IMG/VR virus record: IMGVR_UViG_3300031774_000005
Location: 1-64,000 of that record
From: a virus
Strand: one strand, 5' to 3'
DNA length: 64,000 bases
The notes under the pieces are model-generated. The model did no database searches and was not told where the DNA came from. It saw only the letters and a program-made list of their open reading frames with translations. Every line of letters begins with the position of its first letter. Position 1 is the stretch's first letter. Position numbers and translations under genes: made by a program. Positions 10,008 through 18,414 of this stretch are shown piece after piece.

Positions 10008-10568
10008 ATGCCGGAAAGAGTAACAAGAGAAGAAAGAATGATTAGTTTAACAATTGAAAAGGCTCGTAATGCGAAAGAACAACTTGCATTATCATTAGAA
10101 AATAATAGAAATCCAAGCAAAGATGAATCCGAAGCCGTTAAACTAAAGCGACCAAAGGCTGAAAAAGATACAACTAAATTTGATTCAAATGATGGGCCAA
10201 CTACATTACACGCTTATGCTGGCGATATTACAAAAGCAATTATGGTTCTTAAAAACATTAAAGAATCGGACTATATGACTAATCCCTTTTTAGATGAAGA
10301 AGATAGAAAGATGCTTACAGAAAGAATAGGAGAATTAGATAGAACAATAACTAATTTAGCAAGAGAATTTAAAGAAGGTGATGCTTCAAACAGAAGTCAA
10401 ATAAGTAGAATGATTACTTCTTTATCCGGTCTTGTTGGCGACCTTGAAAAAGAATTTAGAAGATTACCCGAACCAAAAGATGAAGAATCCGATGAAGCAT
10501 TAGACCCTGATTATGATAAGTTTATGCAACGACCCGAAACTGATTTTTCAGTTGAAGGAAAAAGATAA
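10008..10568 (+). CDS. Hypothetical head-module protein
   Basis: 186-aa ORF abutting the previous gene. Confidence 0.7.
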   Translation: MPERVTREERMISLTIEKARNAKEQLALSLENNRNPSKDESEAVKLKRPKAEKDTTKFDSNDGPTTLHAYAGDITKAIMVLKNIKESDYMTNPFLDEEDRKMLTERIGELDRTITNLAREFKEGDASNRSQISRMITSLSGLVGDLEKEFRRLPEPKDEESDEALDPDYDKFMQRPETDFSVEGKR

Positions 10569-10584
10569 TGTTGAAGGGGTTTAA

Positions 10585-13509
10585 ATGAAACTCGGCTCTA
10601 TTGAGAAGGATAAACAACCTTCTCAAGAAATATTAAGACTCTTTGAAAAAACAAGAGTTGCTTATTTATCAGCAGTTCACGACCCCGATGAATACGGAGG
10701 CCGTTGGAGAAAAGCGGTTGATTTAATCATAGAATCATATGAAGAATTAGATGCCGCAGGTAAAGAGTTAAGGAATTTTATTGATGAAGATGAAATAGAA
10801 GATAAAGAAGTTAAAAACCCAATATCAAGAGAAGCGAAAGACTTGTTTGAGAAAATAAAACTCATTAGATACTCTTCTAAAATAGTTGCTGACCCTTTTG
10901 CTGAAATGTTCAAAGGTAGTGTCCTTGAAGAATTGTTAGATAATCCCGAAACTATGGTGAAATTCATTCATTATGCACTAAGAGACGACAATAAAGCACT
11001 ATCTCCGGACATTTTAGCCATTAAAGGTATGCAACCCGACACAATAACGGAGGGTCTTGTTGGACTTGACCTTGAATCGGATGATATTGCCCTCTATATT
11101 ATAGAGCATTACGGTGATGGAAAAGACTCAAAGAAGGTTGAATCGAAAGTAAAGGCAGGAATGGAACTATTAGAACTTATTTTCTTTTCTCAACATGAAG
11201 AGAAAGAATGGACAGACTTAAAAGAAATAGAAGGATTAGAGAAATCACAAAAAGAATTAACAGAAAAGTCCATTTCTCAATTTATTGTTCCTAATAAACC
11301 AATGTATAGGATATTTGGGATAGACGACATTAATGAATTAAAAGGCTTTAGTGGTAATTGGTATGTCCAAGAGAAATATGACGGTATGAGAATACAGTTG
11401 CATAAAATAGATGGCTCGGTTAAAATTTATTCTTACAATGAAAAAGACATTACTGCTAAGTGCAAAGAACAGGTTGAAGAACTTAAGAAAAAAGAATACG
11501 GAGATTGTATTTTAGATGGAGAGTTAATTCTTTTTGATGGTGATGATGCACTACATAGAGCAGATACTATTGCTCATGTTTTCAAAGGCAAATACAAAGA
11601 CGCTAAATTAAAGTGTCATGTGTTTGATATTATTCGACATGAATCCCAAACATTAACAGATGAAGATTTAGAAGATAGAATGACTATTTTATTCAATAAT
11701 TATTCAGCAAAGTCTAATCAAGCAATTGCTTATCCTTCTAAAAAAGATACAAGACAGGCTGATAGTCTAAAAGATGTTGAAAAGTATGCGAAAGAAATGA
11801 TGGATATTCCCACTTCCGAAGGAGTTGTTATTAAAGATGCAACTTCAACATATTATATTGGAACTAAAAAGAACCCTAAATGGATTAAATGGAAGAAGTT
11901 TGTTGATTTAGATGTAATTGTTTTAGATAAGAAAAAGACGAAAAGCAATCTTTATTCATATACTGTGGGCGTTGGGCCAATTCCGGAAGATATGGAAGGA
12001 CAAGAAATTGATGGTAAAAAGTATCTTAGTGTTGGTAAAGCATTGAATACTAAAGTAGCCGTTAATGTTGGAGATATTGTTAGAGTCAAAGTTGATGAAG
12101 TTAAGAAAAAAGGAGATGGGTTTAGTTTATTTTCAGCAAAGGTAATTGAAATACCGGAAGTCGAACACCCCGATAAATTAGTCACTCTTGAACTTCTATC
12201 ACAAGATACCAAAAAATCACTTAACTATAATGTAGAAGCATTAACAAAGGGAATCAAAATAACTGATTATATACATGGTGAAACAAATGTAATCATGAAA
12301 TCGGATATGAATGGCTTTGTAATCTATGGTTTTGAAGAAGATAATCTAATGTCTAAGAATGCTTTGGCAGATTTGGATATGTGGAAAGCCCAAGCAGAAG
12401 AAATAATGAAAACTAAAGCAAGTCAATTAACGGTTGCTATTTTTCAGTATCTAAAAACAATGGGAGACAAGACAGTAAATGATGTTCATGACTTTTTGAA
12501 GGACAAACACAAAGATATTTATGAAGATGTATTAGAATCTAAAAAGACTAAATTGAAAGATTGGTCGGATAATAGAGACGGTATTTCATTCAAAGATAAG
12601 AAACTTCATGCTGATGATGATAAAATTATGCAAGAAGAAGAAATTATGAAATCACTTTTAATTAAAAATCAAAGACAAGAATTAATCCAAAGAATAAAAC
12701 AGGAACAGGAACAGGAACAAGGACAAGGACAAATCGCTATTGAAGCAGATATGTCGGGTGATTGTTGCACTCAATTAAAACATAAAATTATTGAAAATAG
12801 AAAACGCCAACTTGAATATTTAATGGGAAATAAATCTTGGGAAGAACTGAAAAATAACCCCCAATACAATTTATCATCTTTTGATAATTATAATTCTTTA
12901 GAAGAAACGATGGATTGGTATTCTAATTTTATAATGAATCGGGATTGTGAATGGTTAGCGACGGAATTTATTAGTGAAAAGAATAAAGAAGAGTGGAAGA
13001 GTGTAGAAGAATATAATGAATGTTTATATGGTGAAGGATTTTCCGATAAATACGCTATGTTAAAAGAATACAAAACCCCAAAAGAAAATAGAAAGGGTTT
13101 GTTTAAAATATATTCAAGAGAAGATGATAATATAACATTAGGTATTAAACTTGAAGATGAAAGTTTATTTTGGACTATTGACTTAGATAACCAAGAAGAA
13201 ATGTTTGATTTGTTTGGTGCGGCAGGAAAATATCCGGCAGAAGTGGCTAAAAATGTCGAAAGAGGAAAGGTAGTTGATGCAGGAGATATTGAGTTAGGTG
13301 TCCAAAAAGAAGGTTATCATGAATACTTCTTGAAAGGTAATAAATTTGAAACTAAGATGCATTTTAGAGTAATCAAGGTTGAAGGAAAAGAAATGTGGCT
13401 TGCATGGACAGGATATAAACAAGAACCTGCTGATACAGAAGGCGATAAAGGTTTATGGAATATATATGAAGATAAATACAGTAAATTGTCAATTCCGGCT
13501 AAAAATTAG
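10585..13509 (+). CDS. Multidomain ATP-dependent DNA ligase-like protein in the head module
   Basis: EKYDG, ILDGE, VFDII, EGVVIK, WIKWK motifs plus OB domain; long N- and C-terminal extensions. Confidence 0.85.
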   Translation: MKLGSIEKDKQPSQEILRLFEKTRVAYLSAVHDPDEYGGRWRKAVDLIIESYEELDAAGKELRNFIDEDEIEDKEVKNPISREAKDLFEKIKLIRYSSKIVADPFAEMFKGSVLEELLDNPETMVKFIHYALRDDNKALSPDILAIKGMQPDTITEGLVGLDLESDDIALYIIEHYGDGKDSKKVESKVKAGMELLELIFFSQHEEKEWTDLKEIEGLEKSQKELTEKSISQFIVPNKPMYRIFGIDDINELKGFSGNWYVQEKYDGMRIQLHKIDGSVKIYSYNEKDITAKCKEQVEELKKKEYGDCILDGELILFDGDDALHRADTIAHVFKGKYKDAKLKCHVFDIIRHESQTLTDEDLEDRMTILFNNYSAKSNQAIAYPSKKDTRQADSLKDVEKYAKEMMDIPTSEGVVIKDATSTYYIGTKKNPKWIKWKKFVDLDVIVLDKKKTKSNLYSYTVGVGPIPEDMEGQEIDGKKYLSVGKALNTKVAVNVGDIVRVKVDEVKKKGDGFSLFSAKVIEIPEVEHPDKLVTLELLSQDTKKSLNYNVEALTKGIKITDYIHGETNVIMKSDMNGFVIYGFEEDNLMSKNALADLDMWKAQAEEIMKTKASQLTVAIFQYLKTMGDKTVNDVHDFLKDKHKDIYEDVLESKKTKLKDWSDNRDGISFKDKKLHADDDKIMQEEEIMKSLLIKNQRQELIQRIKQEQEQEQGQGQIAIEADMSGDCCTQLKHKIIENRKRQLEYLMGNKSWEELKNNPQYNLSSFDNYNSLEETMDWYSNFIMNRDCEWLATEFISEKNKEEWKSVEEYNECLYGEGFSDKYAMLKEYKTPKENRKGLFKIYSREDDNITLGIKLEDESLFWTIDLDNQEEMFDLFGAAGKYPAEVAKNVERGKVVDAGDIELGVQKEGYHEYFLKGNKFETKMHFRVIKVEGKEMWLAWTGYKQEPADTEGDKGLWNIYEDKYSKLSIPAKN

Positions 13510-13515
13510 TTGTTC

Positions 13516-13523
13516 TTTATATA
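13516..13523 (+). promoter_or_regulatory. Putative archaeal TATA box for the protease-capsid operon
   Basis: TTTATATA in a short intergenic gap about 30 nt upstream of ATG 13553. Confidence 0.5.
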
Positions 13524-13552
13524 GTGGATAGTATAAGAAAGGGTTGAGAGGA

Positions 13553-14737
13553 ATGGTATCATCTGTAATGAATAGAAGCAGACACGATTTCAGGATTCTT
13601 AAAGCACAAGACGATTTAATGATTGGAGGATATGCAAGCATCGAAATCGTTGATAAACAAAATGACTTAATCACACTCAAAGCACTTAACGAAGCAGTTA
13701 AAAAATATATGGAGAACCCAAAGTTTAGAAATGTAATGACAAATCATTCTAATGTTCAAGTTGGAGAAGTAGTAAAATCATATAGAGACAAAGCAGGGAA
13801 GTTATGGAAAACCGAAGTTGATGATGTAGGATTCTTTGTAGTAATTAAGTTAAGAGACGATATAGAAAAAGCCAAAGAAATTAATAGAGGCATAAGAAAA
13901 GGTTCATTGAGGTCATTTAGTATTGGAGGACAGGCTTTAGAAAAAGTAAAGAAAAACCACCAAGAATTAGGAGATTACAATGAAATTAGCAAACTTGAAT
14001 TACATGAAGTAACAATATGTGAAAAAGGAATTAACCCCGAAGCAAGATTTGATATTTTAAAGCAAGAAAAAAACACAAAAAAGGAAGTGAAAAATATGAG
14101 CAAAATAGAAAAAGCACTTGAAGAGTTAGATGCGCTAATGGCAGAAGTCAATACTCTACGCAAGGAAGAAGAAGAAGAAAAAACAGAACCTTTGACCGAA
14201 GAAATGGATAAAGGCGAATACATGGACACCACAGAAGAGGAAGATTTAGACACCGAAGCAAAAGCGGTTCTAAATACTCTTGATGCTGGCGGAATAGAAA
14301 TAGGCGAACCTGCTGATAGAGTTGTTATTAGCGGTGGAAAGCCTAAAGCATCTGATTTGCCCGTTGTTAAAGCATTTGACAACAGCGAATTAGAAACTCT
14401 TGATTTGTCCGTTGGAAACATTGAGAAGGCTTACGAGGCTTTCCGTCAAGAACAACTTGAAAAGTTGGCTTACGATAACCTCCAAAAGTCATTTGAAACA
14501 AGATTTAACCACGAAGTTTCTGCAAAAGAATCTATTTTGGCAAAATCTCAATATGATGCGGCAAGTGAAATTGCATCTCTAAAGGATGAATTTACCGCAT
14601 TAAGAAAGTCTCTAACTGCTGAAAAGGAAACAATCCTAAAAGCACAAGAAGAGGCAACCGTTGAACTCCCATCTATGGATGAATTGGCCGAAATGGATTG
14701 GTCGGATATTCATAAAATGGTCGGAGGACTTAATTGA
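13553..14737 (+). CDS. Prohead protease fused to scaffold
   Basis: IGGYAS..VDKQND, NHS (His), SFSIGG (Ser), EVTIC..GINPEA; acidic coiled-coil C-terminus; directly upstream of MCP. Confidence 0.88.
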   Translation: MVSSVMNRSRHDFRILKAQDDLMIGGYASIEIVDKQNDLITLKALNEAVKKYMENPKFRNVMTNHSNVQVGEVVKSYRDKAGKLWKTEVDDVGFFVVIKLRDDIEKAKEINRGIRKGSLRSFSIGGQALEKVKKNHQELGDYNEISKLELHEVTICEKGINPEARFDILKQEKNTKKEVKNMSKIEKALEELDALMAEVNTLRKEEEEEKTEPLTEEMDKGEYMDTTEEEDLDTEAKAVLNTLDAGGIEIGEPADRVVISGGKPKASDLPVVKAFDNSELETLDLSVGNIEKAYEAFRQEQLEKLAYDNLQKSFETRFNHEVSAKESILAKSQYDAASEIASLKDEFTALRKSLTAEKETILKAQEEATVELPSMDELAEMDWSDIHKMVGGLN

Positions 14738-14749
14738 AGGTGATTTATT

Positions 14750-16102
14750 ATGACAGGATATATTAATACAATAGCAGACTTAGAAGCACAAACCTATGGA
14801 ACAGGCGCAACAGGCCATATTAGCAATCAATTGCTTAAGGCCGCAGGAACAGTAGCAGGTATTCATACTGCACACGATGGCTCGTTAAGCGCACCATCGG
14901 GCATTAACGCAAATCTTTACAACAAGATTTACGGCCAAAAAGTATGGTCTATGCTAAACCGAGAATGTAATGCACTATCGGTTATTTCAAAAAGACCTTA
15001 TTCATCAAGTGGTTGGAGAATTTTAAAGAAAAGACCTGCCGGTGGAGCAGGAAACCAATTAGATGTTTCTGCCGCTTCAAATACCGCATTAAGTGATGGA
15101 TTATATGGTGCTGATGCACTTAGAGCAGACCGTCTTGGTGGTGTTCCGGAAAATGCAAGTCTTGATTCAAATACAGATGGTTTGATTTCAATTGCACCGG
15201 AATATGATACACTATTTACAAGCCCTAAGATTATTGCACATCAATTCTCTTTCAGTGAATTGGCTATGGAAATGGCTTCTATTGATGATGGAATTGGCGA
15301 TATTAGAGCGCAACTAAGAGAAGATATGGGCAAGCATCACGCAGAAGTCCAAAACCAAATGCTTGTTATGCCTTTGGAAAACTATTCTCCAACAACTGCT
15401 TATGCTACCGCAAATGCCATTGATAGAGGATATACTTCTCTATTGAAGATTGTTTCTAACTCGGCTGAAATTACCGAATTAGCGGATAACTCCGGTGGAA
15501 ACCTTGTAGATGGTGCAACAGACCAAGCAATTGATACACTTTATGGAAAACTACGAAGTGCAGCAGGAAATGAATATCTTGATTCCGAAGTTTCTTTCGG
15601 TGATGGCTACCTTTCAGCAGAAGCACGACAATTAACTCTAACTGTTCTAAACGATATGATTAGAAGACTAAGAGTTGCCGGTGGTTCTCCAAAGGTTATT
15701 CTAACAGGATATGATACTCTACAAACTATCTCGGACTTGCTACAAGCCCAAGAAAGATTCATGGATAGAAAGGAAATTGTTCCAACTGTTAATGGAGTAA
15801 GAGGCGTAAAGGGTCAAGAAGTCGGATTTAGAGTTTCAACTTACTACGACATACCAATGATTCCGGTTGCTGCTATGACTTCAACAGGAACAAACTCTTC
15901 TTTGATTAGTGATATGCTTTTCCTTGATACAGACCATTTGTGGCTATCTGTTATGAAACCAACTCAATACTTTGAAGATGGTATTTCAAACGGAAACCCA
16001 TTCGGTGTCGGTTCTCTTGGAAACAAGGCTCTTTACCGAACAATGGGAGAAATGGGCTGTTCATACTTTAAGGGTCAAGGCAAAATTACAAACCTTCTGT
16101 GA
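14750..16102 (+). CDS. Major capsid protein (HK97 fold expected)
   Basis: 450 aa after the protease; AGGTGA RBS; YYDIPMIP and LFLDTD-type C-terminal motifs. Confidence 0.85.
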   Translation: MTGYINTIADLEAQTYGTGATGHISNQLLKAAGTVAGIHTAHDGSLSAPSGINANLYNKIYGQKVWSMLNRECNALSVISKRPYSSSGWRILKKRPAGGAGNQLDVSAASNTALSDGLYGADALRADRLGGVPENASLDSNTDGLISIAPEYDTLFTSPKIIAHQFSFSELAMEMASIDDGIGDIRAQLREDMGKHHAEVQNQMLVMPLENYSPTTAYATANAIDRGYTSLLKIVSNSAEITELADNSGGNLVDGATDQAIDTLYGKLRSAAGNEYLDSEVSFGDGYLSAEARQLTLTVLNDMIRRLRVAGGSPKVILTGYDTLQTISDLLQAQERFMDRKEIVPTVNGVRGVKGQEVGFRVSTYYDIPMIPVAAMTSTGTNSSLISDMLFLDTDHLWLSVMKPTQYFEDGISNGNPFGVGSLGNKALYRTMGEMGCSYFKGQGKITNLL

Positions 16103-16112
16103 GGCGATTTAA

Positions 16113-16448
16113 TTGACACACACAGTAAGTTTGTTAGCAGACCATAAAGGTTTTACAAAGCCTAAAGCAATTGGTGATGAGTATATGGTTGATGCCATTG
16201 TAAATATTACCGCTTATGTTCAAGGTGGAATAACTCTAACTGCTGCTTCTGTCGGATTGAGCCAAATAACTCAATTAATGGTGACAGGAGTTGAAGAAAT
16301 AGGGCAATCAGCAAGAGCAGTTGTTTCCAATACAGGGGCATATGAATCCATTAGTAGTGCTAAAATTATTCTTTCAACAGGTTCGGCTCAATTAGCCGGA
16401 ACTTCCGATGAAGGGATTGTTAGGATTAGAGTTTATGGATTGCTTTGA
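16113..16448 (+). CDS. Putative capsid decoration/minor head protein
   Basis: Beta-rich 111 aa right after MCP; TTG start after GAGGCGA. Confidence 0.5.
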   Translation: MTHTVSLLADHKGFTKPKAIGDEYMVDAIVNITAYVQGGITLTAASVGLSQITQLMVTGVEEIGQSARAVVSNTGAYESISSAKIILSTGSAQLAGTSDEGIVRIRVYGLL

Positions 16449-16459
16449 GGGTGATTTAG

Positions 16460-16780
16460 TTGGCAACAATTAAATTAGCCAAAGGAGCAAGGTCTAAGAC
16501 TTTGTTGATGTTTGGTGAAATACTAAATAGAGACGCTACCGTTGAAGTAGAGGCTATTGATGCTCTTAGAGTATATGGTGATTCTAACTTAGATATTTCT
16601 TTTACTGAAAGCGATAGGAAAGATTTGAAACAAATTGACCCTAAAATGCTTACAAGGCTAACTAAGGCTTTTGGTAAAGAAATAACTACGCACGATGAGA
16701 TGTGTAAGGAATTATTACCTGCTAAAACAAGAGCAAAGAAAGCCCCTGCTAAACCTAAAAAGGCTTCTTTAGAAGAATAA
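16460..16780 (+). CDS. Hypothetical protein with basic C-terminal tail
   Basis: GGGTGA RBS, TTG start. Confidence 0.65.
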   Translation: MATIKLAKGARSKTLLMFGEILNRDATVEVEAIDALRVYGDSNLDISFTESDRKDLKQIDPKMLTRLTKAFGKEITTHDEMCKELLPAKTRAKKAPAKPKKASLEE

Positions 16781-16837
16781 TAGACCCATAGCATTAATAG
16801 GGAAAGCCCCTGTTCATGGTTTGAAGGAGATAGAGAT

Positions 16838-17116
16838 ATGGCAAGTTGCAGAAGTAGCGGAGTATTGACCGGAAGCGCAGTAGTTTATTCCGGAAAGTGT
16901 AAATTGATTTCTATTCATGCTTGTGAGGTTGCAGGTTCAGCCGCAACTGTAAAAGTGTGGGATAATGCAAGTGCAGCAAGCGGTAAAGAATTAGCAAGGA
17001 TTGTTTTATCCGCTAATCAAACAATTGAATTTGATATGCATGGAGTAATCTGTTCAAATGGATTATTCTTTGAAGAAGATGCAGGTTCAGTTGCAGTTTC
17101 TATTGAATTTGCTTGA
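16838..17116 (+). CDS. Small beta-rich virion-type protein
   Basis: 92 aa, A/S/G/V rich; GGAG RBS. Confidence 0.6.
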   Translation: MASCRSSGVLTGSAVVYSGKCKLISIHACEVAGSAATVKVWDNASAASGKELARIVLSANQTIEFDMHGVICSNGLFFEEDAGSVAVSIEFA

Positions 17117-17125
17117 GGTTTTATT

Positions 17126-17509
17126 ATGCCAGCGTTAAGCCAAGATACCCGTTTAGTTATGACTATACTTTTTGTTGGAGCATTAAGTGGAACAAATGTT
17201 TGGGCGTATGCTCAATTCGGAACAGGATTTCCTTATGGAGCATTAGCACATTCGGTTTTATTTGGATTAGGAACAATAGGTGCAATCATGGTTATGAAGG
17301 CCGTTTTTGATTTAGTCTTAAATGACAAGATAGAAATGTGGCTTCTTGATAGAAAGATAGCGGCCTTTTGGGAAAGAAAAGCAAGAGACGAGCAACAAAG
17401 AAACAAGATGCGTGAAAGCGCAAGACAATACAATACTAATCTTTATCAAGGTATTCAAGAAGAAGAAGAGAATACTGTTGGTAATGAGTTCTTAGCCGCA
17501 TTACAATAG
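17126..17509 (+). CDS. Membrane protein (two TM helices plus coiled-coil tail)
   Basis: LVMTILFVGALSG and ALAHSVLFGLGTIGAIMVM hydrophobic segments; charged helical C-terminus. Confidence 0.75.
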   Translation: MPALSQDTRLVMTILFVGALSGTNVWAYAQFGTGFPYGALAHSVLFGLGTIGAIMVMKAVFDLVLNDKIEMWLLDRKIAAFWERKARDEQQRNKMRESARQYNTNLYQGIQEEEENTVGNEFLAALQ

Positions 17510-17520
17510 GCGGTGAAAGA

Positions 17521-17739
17521 ATGGTCTTTGGAGATTTAATGGGGTTCTCGGACTCCGATTATGCTTATAATCAAACAAGAGCGCATTCTGCCGATATTTT
17601 CTTTTTGAAAATGAGAGCATGGTTTTGGGGTTCTTGTGTAGGGCTATCCGCTTTTCTAATTGGAAACATAATGGGCGTATTTGATATTAATGTAATGGGT
17701 TGGATTATAGAAAAAGTATCGGGTTTATGGGGTCATTGA
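17521..17739 (+). CDS. Small membrane protein
   Basis: AWFWGSCVGLSAFLIGNIMGVF TM segment; GCGGTGA RBS. Confidence 0.75.
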   Translation: MVFGDLMGFSDSDYAYNQTRAHSADIFFLKMRAWFWGSCVGLSAFLIGNIMGVFDINVMGWIIEKVSGLWGH

Positions 17740-17740
17740 T

Positions 17741-18409
17741 ATGTCATTAATGACAGGCTTTGCTATATTAGTTGGTGAAGCAGTTATTGGTTTTTGGAAG
17801 AAAGTCCACGCTATTAATTTTGGAGTGTATGGAGCAACAATGGTTGGTAAAACAACACTAAGTCACCAATTAAGAACAAGGGGAGAAGTTCCTCAAATTA
17901 ATGAAAGAACAGTAGGACTACATAGAGCATCGAGAAAAAATGTAAAAATTGATGGTGATTCACATACAATAAAAAGTGCTGACATAGGAGGGGAAGCGAT
18001 TTATTGGAAAGAATGGGTCAAAGATATGCAAAAGCGTAGAGTAAAATATATTATTTTTATGATAGACCATAGGCATTTAGATAATGAAGCAAATTTAGAC
18101 CATCAAGTAGCATGGAAGTTTTTAGTTGATACCATTGTGTCGGATTTATGGCCAACAAATAGGAAAAAAAGAGAATCGGATTATCCTATGGCTATCGGAA
18201 TATGGGCTAACAAATATGACATATGGGGAGAAAAATATCCATTAGAAGAAGGCCAAACCATAGACAAACATAAAATATTTGAACCTTTTAAGTATGGAAT
18301 GAGGCAGTTGAACGACAAGGGAATACCTTGTTTCAAATATATAGTATCGGCAAAATCAGACCCCGAAATGGTATATAGAGGCGTAATGACGATGATAAAG
18401 GATTATTGA
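17741..18409 (+). CDS. Arf/Ras-like small GTPase
   Basis: G1 GATMVGKT, G2 RTVG, G3 DIGG, G4 NKYD, G5 SAK; hydrophobic/amphipathic N-terminal helix. Confidence 0.9.
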   Translation: MSLMTGFAILVGEAVIGFWKKVHAINFGVYGATMVGKTTLSHQLRTRGEVPQINERTVGLHRASRKNVKIDGDSHTIKSADIGGEAIYWKEWVKDMQKRRVKYIIFMIDHRHLDNEANLDHQVAWKFLVDTIVSDLWPTNRKKRESDYPMAIGIWANKYDIWGEKYPLEEGQTIDKHKIFEPFKYGMRQLNDKGIPCFKYIVSAKSDPEMVYRGVMTMIKDY

Positions 18410-18414
18410 TTATT

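Noticed and set aside
17126-17739. Calling the two membrane proteins holins
   Set aside because: Topology is compatible, but there is no recognisable family motif or adjacent lytic enzyme; left as membrane proteins
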